Origin: an uncultured Planctomycetia bacterium | GTDB taxonomy: Bacteria > Omnitrophota > Gorgyraeia > 1-14-0-20-64-10 | Reading direction: 5' to 3' | Length of the DNA stretch: 64,000 bases | Assembly (NCBI GenBank): GCA_964373715.1 | Contig: CAYJVR010000002.1 | Location: 246,937-310,936 of the forward strand | Shown: piece by piece, positions 37,045-46,764 of the stretch | Position numbering within the stretch: position 1 is the stretch's first letter | Layout: each line of letters begins with the position of its first letter | The notes under the pieces: model-generated | The model's database searches: none | What the model was told of the DNA's origin: nothing | What the model saw: only the letters and a program-made list of their open reading frames with translations | Program-made: the position numbers and the translations under genes

Positions 37045-38739
37045 ATGGCGAAGATGAAGGGGGCGCAGATACTGGTGGAGTGTTTGAAGAAAGAAGGGGT
37101 GGAGATCATTTTTGGCTACCCCGGCGGGGCGAATCTGCCCATTTACGATGCGCTGTACGATTCGGGCCTGAAGCACATCCTGGTCCGGCATGAGCAGGGG
37201 GCGGCCCACATGGCCGACGGCTACGCGCGGGCGACCGGAAGAGTGGGTGTTTGCTTAGCCACCTCAGGGCCGGGCGCCACCAACCTGGTCACCGGCATCG
37301 CTACCGCCTACATGGATTCGATCCCGATGGTGGTGCTGACGGGACAGGTCCGCAGTTACCTGATCGGCAACGACGCTTTTCAGGAGGCGGACGTCTGCGG
37401 CATCACCCGGCCGATCACGAAACACAACTATCTTGTGAAGAATGTGAAGGAGCTGGCCCGGACGATCCGGGAAGCCTTCTACATCGCGGGGACCGGCAAG
37501 CCCGGCCCGGTGCTGGTCGACATTCCGGTCGATATTTCCCAGGCGGAAACGGAGTTTGAGTGGCCTGAGAAGATCGACATCCGGGGCTACAAGCCCAAGC
37601 GTTTTGAGGAAGGGCACAAAGGCCAGATCGACAAGGCGGCCAAACTGATCGTCGAGGCGAAGAAGCCGGTGGTTTACGTCGGCGGCGGGGCGGTGATGTC
37701 CGACGCGGCGGATGAGCTGCGGGAGCTCATAGACTTGATCGGCGCTCCTGTGACGACCACCTGCATGGCGTTGGGGATCTACCCGGAAGACAAGCCGAAC
37801 TCCTTGAGGATGCTCGGCATGCACGGGGCCGCTTCCACGAACTACGCTGTGCAGTACTGCGACGTGCTGGTGAACGTCGGCGCCCGCTTCGACGATCGGG
37901 TCACGGGCAAGGTGGAGACCTTCTCTCCGAACTCGAAAAAGATCCACATCGACATCGACCCGGCCTCGATCGGCAAGAGCGTCCAGGTAGACGTGCCGAT
38001 CGTCGGCGATGTGAAGAAGGTTCTCAAGGAGCTGATCAAAGAGATCAAGGCGCTCAACAAGAAGCCGGACTACAGCGGCTGGTGGGACCAGATCCATGAA
38101 TGGCAGAAGAAGCATCCGTTGACCTACTCGATGAAGCCGGAAGATAAGCTCAAGCCCCAGTATGTGCTCCAGGTCCTCTCGGAGCTTACAAAAGGGGACT
38201 GCCTGATGACGACCGACGTGGGCCAGCACCAGATGTGGGCGTGCCAGTTTTACCAGTGGACCCGGCCGCGCACCTACATCACCTCCGGCGGGTTAGGCAC
38301 GATGGGCTACGGCCTGCCTGCCGCGATCGGGGCCCAGTTCGGGCACCCGAAGGAGCTGGTCATCTGTTTGAGCGGTGACGGATCGTTCGTGATGAACATC
38401 CAAGAACTGGCGACCGCGGTGGACCACAAACTGCCGATTAAGACGATCATCATCAACAACGCCAATTTGGGAATGGTGCGCCAGTGGCAGGAGATGTTTT
38501 ACAAGAAGCGGTTTTCTTACAGCGGCATCCGGCCGCCGGACTTCGCCAAGGTGGCCGAAGGGTTCGGGGCGAAGGGGGTCACTCTCCGGAAGCCCGAAGA
38601 GGTCAGGCCAACGCTCGAGAAGATCCTCAAGGACAAGGAGTGCTGGGTGGTCGACTGCATCTGCGATGAGGATGAGAAAGTCTTCCCGATCATTCCTCCC
38701 GGCAAGGCGATCGACGAAATGATTCTGGACATGGCTTAA
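37045..38739 (+). CDS. ilvB: acetolactate synthase large subunit
   Basis: ThDP-enzyme N, middle and C domains. Contains the ThDP motif GDGSFVMNIQELAT...NN. Confidence 0.9.
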   Translation: MAKMKGAQILVECLKKEGVEIIFGYPGGANLPIYDALYDSGLKHILVRHEQGAAHMADGYARATGRVGVCLATSGPGATNLVTGIATAYMDSIPMVVLTGQVRSYLIGNDAFQEADVCGITRPITKHNYLVKNVKELARTIREAFYIAGTGKPGPVLVDIPVDISQAETEFEWPEKIDIRGYKPKRFEEGHKGQIDKAAKLIVEAKKPVVYVGGGAVMSDAADELRELIDLIGAPVTTTCMALGIYPEDKPNSLRMLGMHGAASTNYAVQYCDVLVNVGARFDDRVTGKVETFSPNSKKIHIDIDPASIGKSVQVDVPIVGDVKKVLKELIKEIKALNKKPDYSGWWDQIHEWQKKHPLTYSMKPEDKLKPQYVLQVLSELTKGDCLMTTDVGQHQMWACQFYQWTRPRTYITSGGLGTMGYGLPAAIGAQFGHPKELVICLSGDGSFVMNIQELATAVDHKLPIKTIIINNANLGMVRQWQEMFYKKRFSYSGIRPPDFAKVAEGFGAKGVTLRKPEEVRPTLEKILKDKECWVVDCICDEDEKVFPIIPPGKAIDEMILDMA

Positions 38740-38748
38740 GGTGCCGCG

Positions 38749-39249
38749 ATGAAAAAACATGTTCTGTCTGTTTTGGTGGAAAACAAGTTTGGCGTGTTGG
38801 CCAGGATAGCGACGCTCATTGCCGGCCGCGGGTTCAACATCGACTCGCTTGCCGTCGGTGAGACGGAGGACCCGTCCACCTCCCGCATGACGGTCGTGGT
38901 GGACGGAGACGACAAGACGATCGAGCAGGTGAAGAAACAGCTCAACCGCTTGATCGACGTGATCTCCGTATTGGACCTGACCAAAGAGGAGCATCTGGAT
39001 ATGGAGCTGCTCATGTGCAAGGTGGCCGTCACCCCGAAAACTCGGCCGGAGGTGGTGGAGATCGCCAGGACGCTGAAAGCCGAGGTAGCCGATGTGGGGG
39101 TCAAGACACTGACGATTCTGATGGTGGGAGACCAGACCAAGGTAAGGACCTTCTTGGAGCTGGTCAAGCCGCACGGGATCAAGGAGATTGTTCGCACCGG
39201 CCGGGTCGCGCTGAGCCGGAATGGAGGAGGATCGTCGGCCGACAAGTAA
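38749..39249 (+). CDS. ilvN: acetolactate synthase small (regulatory) subunit
   Basis: ACT domain (LSVLVENKFGVLARIATLIAGRGFNIDSLAVG) plus C-terminal ALS_ss_C region. Confidence 0.85.
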   Translation: MKKHVLSVLVENKFGVLARIATLIAGRGFNIDSLAVGETEDPSTSRMTVVVDGDDKTIEQVKKQLNRLIDVISVLDLTKEEHLDMELLMCKVAVTPKTRPEVVEIARTLKAEVADVGVKTLTILMVGDQTKVRTFLELVKPHGIKEIVRTGRVALSRNGGGSSADK

Positions 39250-39288
39250 GGAGACCAACGACGAGCTAAGCGAAGAGGAGAAACTAAC

Positions 39289-40371
39289 GTGGCAAAGATT
39301 TATTACGATAAAGACGCGGATCTGAACGTTTTGAAGGGCAAGAGGATCGCCATTTTAGGCTACGGAATCCAGGGGCGCGGGCATGCGCTGAACCTGCGTG
39401 ATTCCGGGCTGGAGGTTGTCGTCGCGCAACGGCCGGGCGGGCCCCATTACACCCAGGCGGTCGAGGACGGTTTCCAGCCGATCTCCGTCGCCGAGGCCTG
39501 CGCGCAGGCCCAGGTGATCATGGTCCTATTGCAGGACACCCTTCAGGCGGAAGTTTACCGCGCCTCCGTTGCTCCGCACCTGAAGGCCGGCAAAGCGCTT
39601 GCTTTCGCGCACGGGTTTAACATCCATTTCCACCAGATTGAGCCGCCGAAGGAGATCGACGTTTTCCTCGTTGCTCCAAAGGGGCCCGGTTCGCTTGTCC
39701 GCCAGCTGTACGCGGACGGAACCGGCGTCCCCAGCCTTGTCGCGGTTTACCAGGATGCGACCGGCACAGCGAAGCAGGTGGCGCTCGCCTACGCCAAGGG
39801 GCTCGGTTCCACGCGCGCGGGGGTTCTCGAAACCACTTTCGCCGAGGAGACCGAGACCGACCTGTTCGGGGAACAGGCGGTCCTCTGCGGCGGCACGGCC
39901 GAATTGATCAAGGCCGGGTTCGATACGCTGGTGGAGAAAGGGTACCAGCCGGAGGTGGCTTATTTCGAGTGCCTGCACGAGCTGAAGCTGATCGTGGACA
40001 TGGTCTACGCGCAGGGGATACAGGGGATGTGGTCCCGTGTTTCCGAAACGGCCCGCTACGGAGGCCTCACCCGGGGTTCCCGGATCGTCACCGATGAGAC
40101 ACGCGCTGAGATGCGCAGGATCCTCGATGAGATCCAGACAGGCCGGTTTGCCAAAGAGTGGATCAATGAGACGCAGGCCGGCAGGCCGGTGTTCAAAGCG
40201 CTTTTAGCCAAGGGGGACCGGCACCTAGTCGAGCTGGTCGGGCAGCGCCTACGGGCGATGATGCCCTGGATCAGCGGTCAACCCGCGGCTCAGAAACAGA
40301 ATTCATCCACCAACAACCATTCAAAAGGGCAGGCGGAACCCAAGCCTAAAGCGAAGAGCGGGCGAAGGTGA
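39289..40371 (+). CDS. ilvC: ketol-acid reductoisomerase
   Basis: Rossmann motif [19 protein letters not shown] and the KARI C-terminal knotted domain. Confidence 0.9.
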   Translation: MAKIYYDKDADLNVLKGKRIAILGYGIQGRGHALNLRDSGLEVVVAQRPGGPHYTQAVEDGFQPISVAEACAQAQVIMVLLQDTLQAEVYRASVAPHLKAGKALAFAHGFNIHFHQIEPPKEIDVFLVAPKGPGSLVRQLYADGTGVPSLVAVYQDATGTAKQVALAYAKGLGSTRAGVLETTFAEETETDLFGEQAVLCGGTAELIKAGFDTLVEKGYQPEVAYFECLHELKLIVDMVYAQGIQGMWSRVSETARYGGLTRGSRIVTDETRAEMRRILDEIQTGRFAKEWINETQAGRPVFKALLAKGDRHLVELVGQRLRAMMPWISGQPAAQKQNSSTNNHSKGQAEPKPKAKSGRR

Positions 40372-40390
40372 AGCGGCATAAGGTGTAAAA

Positions 40391-41902
40391 ATGGCAGATC
40401 GAGTCATTATTTTCGACACAACGTTAAGAGACGGCGAGCAGTGCCCCGGGGCGAGCTTAACGCCCCCGCAGAAACTGGAGATCGCGCGCCAGCTGGACCG
40501 GCTGGGCGTTGACGTGATCGAGGCTGGTTTCGCGGTCTCCTCTCCGGGAGATTTTGAAGGGGTCCATGTCATCGCCAAGCAGATCAAGCGGCCGGTGATC
40601 GCCAGCCTCGCGCGTGCGGTCCCGCGCGACATCGAGGCGGCGGGCAAGGCCTTGAAACCGGCGCGCCGGGGAAGGATACACACCTTCGTGGCCACGTCGG
40701 AGATCCACCTGAAGTACAAGCTGAAGAAGGCGGAGGAGGAAATTCTCCGGCTGGCCGTCGATGCGGTGAAACTCTCCCGGAAGTACACCGATGACGTCGA
40801 GTTTTCCTGCGAGGACGCCGCCCGCACCAAGCCGGATTTTCTGTTCCGCATGCTGGAGGCGGTGATCGACGCGGGCGCCAAGACGGTGAACATACCGGAC
40901 ACGGTCGGCTGGGCGATCCCCGTCCAGTTCGGCGAACTGATCCACCGGATACGGGAAGAGGTCCCGAACATCGGCAAGGCGGTGATCTCCGTGCACTGCC
41001 ACAACGATCTGGGGCTCTCGACCGCTAACAGCCTGGCCGCAGTGAGAAACGGCGCCCGGCAGGTGGAATGTACGATCAACGGGATCGGCGAGAGGGCCGG
41101 CAACGCCAGCCTCGAAGAGGTGGTGATGGCCTTGAAGGTCCGCAAAGACCTGTTCAACGTTGAGCATAAGATCAAAACAGAAGAAATTTACCGGACAAGC
41201 CGATTGGTCTCCAAGCTGACCGGTTTCTTGGTCCAGCCGAACAAGGCGATTGTCGGCGGGAACGCCTTCGCGCATGAGTCCGGCATTCACCAGGACGGTG
41301 TTCTGAAATTCCGCAAGACCTACGAGATCATGCATCCGAAAGAGGTCGGCTATGGGGAGTCGAAGCTGGTGCTGGGCAAGCACTCCGGCCGCCACGCGTT
41401 TTCCGAGAGGCTCAAGAATTTGGGCTTCAAGCTGGATGAGAAACGGCTGGGCAGCGCGTTTGAGCGGTTCAAGGTGTTGGCCGACAAGAAGAAGGAAGTT
41501 TTTGACGATGATTTAACCGCGCTGGTTGAGGATGAGCTCTCGGAGGTGAAGGACCGCTATACGCTGGAGTATCTGCATGTTTCCAGCGGCACCGGCGTTA
41601 TCCCGACGGCCACGATCCGCTTAAAGGGCCCCAATGGGAAGATCCTGCAGGGGGCCGACAGCGGGGATGGCCCGGTGGATGCCTGCTACAACGCCATTGA
41701 CCGGCTGCTTGGTTTCAAGGGCAAGCTGCAGGATTACGTCATCCAGTCGGTGACGTCGGGTAAGGATGCGCTTGGAGAGGTGACGGTGAAGCTCGGTCAG
41801 AACGGCAAGGTTGAACACGGCCGGGCCGCTTCCACCGATATTATCGAAGCGTCGTCGCGCGCGTATTTAAGCGCGATCAACCGATTATTGCACAAGAAGT
41901 GA
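40391..41902 (+). CDS. leuA: 2-isopropylmalate synthase (or citramalate synthase)
   Basis: DRE-TIM fold (IFDTTLRDGEQ), HxH metal motif (VHCHNDLG), C-terminal LeuA dimerisation/regulatory domain. Confidence 0.85.
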   Translation: MADRVIIFDTTLRDGEQCPGASLTPPQKLEIARQLDRLGVDVIEAGFAVSSPGDFEGVHVIAKQIKRPVIASLARAVPRDIEAAGKALKPARRGRIHTFVATSEIHLKYKLKKAEEEILRLAVDAVKLSRKYTDDVEFSCEDAARTKPDFLFRMLEAVIDAGAKTVNIPDTVGWAIPVQFGELIHRIREEVPNIGKAVISVHCHNDLGLSTANSLAAVRNGARQVECTINGIGERAGNASLEEVVMALKVRKDLFNVEHKIKTEEIYRTSRLVSKLTGFLVQPNKAIVGGNAFAHESGIHQDGVLKFRKTYEIMHPKEVGYGESKLVLGKHSGRHAFSERLKNLGFKLDEKRLGSAFERFKVLADKKKEVFDDDLTALVEDELSEVKDRYTLEYLHVSSGTGVIPTATIRLKGPNGKILQGADSGDGPVDACYNAIDRLLGFKGKLQDYVIQSVTSGKDALGEVTVKLGQNGKVEHGRAASTDIIEASSRAYLSAINRLLHKK

Positions 41903-41971
41903 TGTTTTTCTCCCGAGCCCTCTCCCTGAGGAAGAGGATTCAGGCGAGGGAATTTTTCGGAAGTTTCAGCA

Positions 41972-42853
41972 TTGGCTGAGCATTCTTGGAAGCTCGGGAT
42001 ATTGGGATGGCCTCTGGGTTACTCCCTGTCCCCCTTGATGCACGGCTGGGCGCTGAAAGCGGCCGGACTTCAAGGGGAATACAAGGAGTACCCGGTGGAG
42101 CTTTCGATGCTCGAGTTATGGCTCGGCGGCGTGGTCGGCATGGGGCTGGACGGGTTCAACGTCACCATGCCTTATAAAAACCAGGTATGGGATTGGCTCA
42201 AAAACAGGGCCAAGCAGGGACGGGTGGCGCCCGAGGCCGATGATATCGGCGCGGTGAACACGGTTGTCGTGAAGAACGGCAGCGTGACCGGCTACAACAC
42301 GGATGGGGAAGGATTTCTTTCGGCGTTCCATGACGCCGGCCTGGATTTAAGCGGCTGGCGGGTGCTTCTGCTGGGTTCCGGCGGCGCGGCGCAAGCGATT
42401 GCCTATACGCTGGCGAAAAGAACAGTTGTCAGCCATCTGACGGTTTGGAACCGGCCGGGCGCTCTATTGGAACGGGCCGGGAACTTGGTCCGGTTGATTA
42501 ACAGGGTGCGCCCGGCGGAAGAGTTCGCGGTTCTGTCGACCGACCTGGAGGCGTTGGCGGTGCAGGAATATCCGCTGGTTATCAACGCCACGCCGCTGGG
42601 GATGAAAGGCCATGTGGAGGTGCCGGACACTGTGCTCAAGAGTATTCATCAGGGCCAAGTGGTTTACGACATCGTTTACGAGCCCCGGGAAACCGGCCTG
42701 ATCCGGTCCGCGAAGAAGGCCGGAGCGAGAGCGATCACCGGCGATGTGATGCTGGCCGGGCAGGGAGCGGCGGCTTTTGAGCTTTGGACGGGAAGGCAGT
42801 GGATGCAGCCGGTGATGCAGCAGGCGCTGAATGAACATTTCAGCCGCCATTAA
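41972..42853 (+). CDS. aroE: shikimate dehydrogenase
   Basis: LGILGWPLGYSLSPLMH substrate-binding N-terminus and NADP Rossmann region (LLGSGGAAQAIAYTL). Confidence 0.85.
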   Translation: MAEHSWKLGILGWPLGYSLSPLMHGWALKAAGLQGEYKEYPVELSMLELWLGGVVGMGLDGFNVTMPYKNQVWDWLKNRAKQGRVAPEADDIGAVNTVVVKNGSVTGYNTDGEGFLSAFHDAGLDLSGWRVLLLGSGGAAQAIAYTLAKRTVVSHLTVWNRPGALLERAGNLVRLINRVRPAEEFAVLSTDLEALAVQEYPLVINATPLGMKGHVEVPDTVLKSIHQGQVVYDIVYEPRETGLIRSAKKAGARAITGDVMLAGQGAAAFELWTGRQWMQPVMQQALNEHFSRH

Positions 42854-42857
42854 CTCC

Positions 42858-43718
42858 ATGGTCTGGGCGTTCGGAACGCCCAACCATTTCCTCGCATCGC
42901 TGCGCGATGCCTCGGCGGTCATCGTCGGGCCATGGTTTTTGCCCGCGTGCGTTTTTGTTTTTGGCCTGCTGGTCGGCTCTTTCTTAAACGTCTGCATCTG
43001 GAGGCTGCCCGCGGAGGAACAGGTCGTGAAGGGCCGTTCCCATTGCAGGGGTTGCGGCCAGCTGATTGCCTGGTATGACAACGTCCCGGTGGTGTCGTTC
43101 ACTCTGCTGGGCGGCCGGTGCCGCCGGTGCAAGGCGAAAATCTCTTGGGTTTATCCGGCCGTCGAGCTTGCGACCGGACTGTTCTTTCTTCTGGTTTTGA
43201 GCCGTTTCGGTTTGACGGCGCGGGGGGGCGTGTTCGGGGTCCTCATGGCGGCCCTCATCGTCTTGACGGTCATTGACATCAAGGAGATGATCCTGCCGGA
43301 TGAGATCACTCTGCCGGGTTTGGCGTTGGGACTCCTCCTCTCTTTCGCCGTTCCGTCGCTGCACGGTGTCACCGGCAGATGGGAGGGGCTGCTGAACGGT
43401 TTCTGGGGTGTTTTAGCCGGCGGCGGGTTCCTTTGGCTGATCGGGACGGTCGGCTCCTGGGTTTTCAAAAAAGAGGCCATGGGGGGCGGGGACGTCAAGA
43501 TGATGGCAATGGTCGGTGCGCTTATAGGCTGGCAGAAGGTTTTGCTGGTCAACCTGATCCTGGCGCCGATGGTTGGGTCGGTGATCGGAGTGGTGTTGAA
43601 ATACAGGTTCGGCAGGGATCTGATCCCGTACGGCCCGTTTCTGTCGCTCGGCACCGTCACGGCGGTTTTTTACGGTGATGAGATTATTCGCTGGTATTTC
43701 TCTTTTATAGGTTTATAG
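42858..43718 (+). CDS. pilD: prepilin peptidase (A24 family)
   Basis: N-terminal Cys tetrad CRGCGQ...[13 protein letters not shown] helix, and the catalytic Asp pair in a polytopic membrane protein. An alternative start at 42831 overlaps aroE. Confidence 0.75.
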   Translation: MVWAFGTPNHFLASLRDASAVIVGPWFLPACVFVFGLLVGSFLNVCIWRLPAEEQVVKGRSHCRGCGQLIAWYDNVPVVSFTLLGGRCRRCKAKISWVYPAVELATGLFFLLVLSRFGLTARGGVFGVLMAALIVLTVIDIKEMILPDEITLPGLALGLLLSFAVPSLHGVTGRWEGLLNGFWGVLAGGGFLWLIGTVGSWVFKKEAMGGGDVKMMAMVGALIGWQKVLLVNLILAPMVGSVIGVVLKYRFGRDLIPYGPFLSLGTVTAVFYGDEIIRWYFSFIGL

Positions 43719-43728
43719 AGGAGTCTGC

Positions 43729-44856
43729 ATGCTCAGATATCTGACATCGGGTGAATCGCACGGCATCTGCTTGATTGCCGTGCTGGAAGGGATGCCGGCA
43801 GGCCTGAAGATCAAACCGGAGACGGTCAACGAGGATTTGAGGCGCCGGCAGCTGGGATACGGCCGCGGCGCCCGGATGACCTCGATTGAAGTGGACAAGG
43901 TGGAATTCCTCTCCGGCGTCCGCTTCGGAAAGACGATGGGGTCCCCCATCGCTTTGAAAGTCCCGAACAAAGACACCTCGATCGATAAAATGCCGGCCGT
44001 GACCCGGCCGCGTCCGGGCCACGCCGATTTGGGCGGGGCCCTGAAATACGGACATGAGGATATACGGAACATCCTCGAGCGTGCTTCGGCGAGGGAGACC
44101 GCGGTGCGGGTGGCGGTCGGCTCCGTCGCCAAGCAGCTCCTCAGGGAATTCAATGTTGGGATCTTCAGCCATGTCGTCCGGATGGGCGGCATTGACGCCA
44201 ACGTGGAGAAACTGAACTTCGGCCAAATCCGCGCGAAGGCGGAGGTTTCTCCTCTGCGCTGCGCCGACCAGAAGGCCGAAGCGAAGATGATCCGGTTCAT
44301 TGACAAGGCGAAGGCGGCCGGGGATACCGCCGGCGGCACGATTGAGATCGTGGCGCTGGATGTGCCGGTTGGTTTGGGTTCCCACGTGCAGTGGGACCGC
44401 AAGCTCGACGCCCGTCTGGCCGGGGCCCTCATGTCCATCCAGGCGATCAAGGCGGTGGAGGTAGGCGCCGGGACAAAAGTGTCGCAGATGTTCGGCTCCC
44501 AGCTTCATGACCAAATCTTTTACTCGAAGGGCAAGGGTTTTTACCGGAAGACGCACCGGGCTGGCGGCATCGAAGGGGGTATCTCCATCGGCGGGCCGGT
44601 GACGCTCAGGATCCACATGAAGCCTCTGTCCACGCTGCGCAAGCCGATGATGAGCGTGGACATTAAGACGAAGGAGCCGTTTGCCGCTACGGTGGAACGG
44701 TCCGATGTCAGCGCTGTCCCGGCTGCCGGCGTGGTCGGCGAGGCGGTTGTCGCGATTGAGTTGGCCAATGCTTTTATCGAGAAGTTTGGCGGCGACAGCG
44801 TGGCTGAGATGAAGAGAAATTTCAAAGGCTACCTGAAGCAGGTGGAACAGTTCTGA
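43729..44856 (+). CDS. aroC: chorismate synthase
   Basis: [13 protein letters not shown]-terminus and RPRPGHADL / SARETA signatures. Confidence 0.9.
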   Translation: MLRYLTSGESHGICLIAVLEGMPAGLKIKPETVNEDLRRRQLGYGRGARMTSIEVDKVEFLSGVRFGKTMGSPIALKVPNKDTSIDKMPAVTRPRPGHADLGGALKYGHEDIRNILERASARETAVRVAVGSVAKQLLREFNVGIFSHVVRMGGIDANVEKLNFGQIRAKAEVSPLRCADQKAEAKMIRFIDKAKAAGDTAGGTIEIVALDVPVGLGSHVQWDRKLDARLAGALMSIQAIKAVEVGAGTKVSQMFGSQLHDQIFYSKGKGFYRKTHRAGGIEGGISIGGPVTLRIHMKPLSTLRKPMMSVDIKTKEPFAATVERSDVSAVPAAGVVGEAVVAIELANAFIEKFGGDSVAEMKRNFKGYLKQVEQF

Positions 44857-45377
44857 AAAATATTATTCTGGTCGGCTTTATGGGGACCGGCAAATCGGCA
44901 GCCGGCCGGCTTCTGGCGAAACAGCTGCACAGGCCGTTCCTGGATCTGGACGAGAAGATTGAAAAGGAAACGGGTCGCCCGATATCGGAGATCTTTGCCG
45001 AAGAGGGGGAATCCGGTTTCCGGGAGAAGGAAGCCGAAGCGGTCCGGGCGGCGGCGAAACTTGAAGCGCATGTCATTTCCGCCGGAGGGGGCGTGATGCT
45101 CAATGATGAGAACGTCGCCGTTTTGAAGAAATGCGGAGTCCTTGTTTGCCTGACGGCCAGGCCGGACGTGATTCTCCAGCGGACGTTGGCTACGCTGCCG
45201 TCGAGGCCCCTGCTGAGCGGTGAAAACCCGAAGGGGCGGATTGAAGAACTTTTAAAACTGCGCGAACCGTTTTACGCGCGCGCCGATATGGTGATCGACA
45301 CGTCCGACCGCTCTGTTGAAGAGGTTGTTGAGGAGATCATCGAAAAGACAGGGGACAGGGAGAAAGAAAAGCAATGA
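44853..45377 (+). CDS. aroK: shikimate kinase
   Basis: In-frame upstream reading gives [16 protein letters not shown], the canonical AroK N-terminus plus P-loop. The first ATG (44880) is inside the P-loop, so a non-canonical start (CTG 44853 or ATT 44862) overlapping the aroC stop is inferred. Confidence 0.7.
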   Translation: MKNIILVGFMGTGKSAAGRLLAKQLHRPFLDLDEKIEKETGRPISEIFAEEGESGFREKEAEAVRAAAKLEAHVISAGGGVMLNDENVAVLKKCGVLVCLTARPDVILQRTLATLPSRPLLSGENPKGRIEELLKLREPFYARADMVIDTSDRSVEEVVEEIIEKTGDREKEKQ

Positions 45378-46522
45378 AGAGAGAGATGAATTCCAAAGAG
45401 GCGCTCGTTCTCCTGAACCTGATTCCGGGGTTGGGCCCGGCCGGCATTTGCCGCCTGATGGATGCCTTCGGCAAGCCGGAGGATGTTTTCCGGGCGGGGC
45501 CCGTTGCTTTGAGGGCGGTGCTTGGCGCCCCGGCGCAGGAGCCGGTGGTCAACGGGATTCTCACCGCAGAGGGAGGACCGGCTCTTTTGGAAGAGCTTCG
45601 CCTGGCCAAGGAGGAGGGGGTCCGGATCGTGACGGTTTTCGACGCCGATTACCCGGGTCTTTTGCGGACTGCGCCGTATTCTCCCCCTGTCTTGTATGTG
45701 AAGGGAACGATTGTGCCGGAAGACGGCGCTGCGGTGGCATTGGTCGGTACCCGTTCGGCGACCCCTTACGGGCTCAGCGTCGCCAAGAGTTTTTCGCATG
45801 AGTTGACCCGCTGCGGGATCACGGTTGTTTCCGGTTTGGCGGAGGGGATTGACGCCGCCGGCCATGAGGCGGCGCTGCAGTCAGGAGGCAGGACGATCGC
45901 CGTTGTGGGGCACGGCCTGACGCATATCTATCCCGCGGTCCACAGGAAACTGGCCGAGAGGATCGCCGGTTCCGGCGCGCTGGTGTCGGAATTCCCGATG
46001 AAGATGCCGCCGCTCAAAACCAATTTTCCGAGGCGCAACCGAACCATCGCGGGGTTGAGTTTCGGCGTTGTCGTGGTCGAGGCTCCTCTTAAGAGCGGGG
46101 CCCTTATCACCGCGCGCGAGGCGCTCGACCTCAACAGGGAAGTGTTCGCCGTGCCGGGGCCGATCCAGTCGCCGCAGAGCCGCGGGTGCCACCGGCTTAT
46201 CAAGGAGGGTGCGAAGCTTGCTGAAGATGTGCGGGATCTCCTGGAAGAACTGGCCCCGCGCCTGCGGGAGCGGCTCGATGAGTGGAAGCAAAGCCCCGCG
46301 GAGGAAGGGCCGGTCAACAGGCTGCCGCCCGAGTTTTTTCAGAAACTGACCGCGGAGGAGCAGGTCGTCTACGGGGCGGTTCCGGCCGGCAAGTCGATGA
46401 TGGTCGACACGCTGGCCGGTGTTACCACAATGCCGCCGGCGAAGCTTCTCCCTTTATTGACGGGGCTCGAGTTAAAAGGTCTTATCGTCCAAAGGCCGGG
46501 ACAAGGATTCTCAAGGGGTTAG
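45374..46522 (+). CDS. dprA: DNA processing protein DprA (Smf)
   Basis: Rossmann-like DprA domain (VALVGTRSATPYG ... GIDAAGHEAAL) and C-terminal winged-helix-like tail. Confidence 0.85.
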   Translation: MKREMNSKEALVLLNLIPGLGPAGICRLMDAFGKPEDVFRAGPVALRAVLGAPAQEPVVNGILTAEGGPALLEELRLAKEEGVRIVTVFDADYPGLLRTAPYSPPVLYVKGTIVPEDGAAVALVGTRSATPYGLSVAKSFSHELTRCGITVVSGLAEGIDAAGHEAALQSGGRTIAVVGHGLTHIYPAVHRKLAERIAGSGALVSEFPMKMPPLKTNFPRRNRTIAGLSFGVVVVEAPLKSGALITAREALDLNREVFAVPGPIQSPQSRGCHRLIKEGAKLAEDVRDLLEELAPRLRERLDEWKQSPAEEGPVNRLPPEFFQKLTAEEQVVYGAVPAGKSMMVDTLAGVTTMPPAKLLPLLTGLELKGLIVQRPGQGFSRG

Positions 46523-46535
46523 GCGGGGTTGAACC

Positions 46536-46739
46536 ATGAAGCTGACGGTCAACGGAGAAGAGATGGAGCTTGAGCAGGGGGCCACCGTGAAGGGGCTCTT
46601 GGAGAGTCTCAAGCTCACCCCGGAGCTGGTGGTCGTGGAACTGAACTTGAATATGTTGAAAAGGGACGAGCTTCCGAAAACGGTGCTCAAAGAGAACGAC
46701 CAGGTGGAAGTGGTCCATTTCGTGGGCGGCGGTTCGTAA
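46536..46739 (+). CDS. thiS: ThiS/MoaD-like ubiquitin-fold sulfur-carrier protein
   Basis: 67 aa, MKLTVNGEE...ATVKGLLESL...NDQVEVVHFVGGGS. Beta-grasp length and a Gly-Gly near the C-terminus, with one extra residue after GG. Confidence 0.5.
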   Translation: MKLTVNGEEMELEQGATVKGLLESLKLTPELVVVELNLNMLKRDELPKTVLKENDQVEVVHFVGGGS

Positions 46740-46764
46740 ACAGGAGAGAGTTGAGCCGATAATC

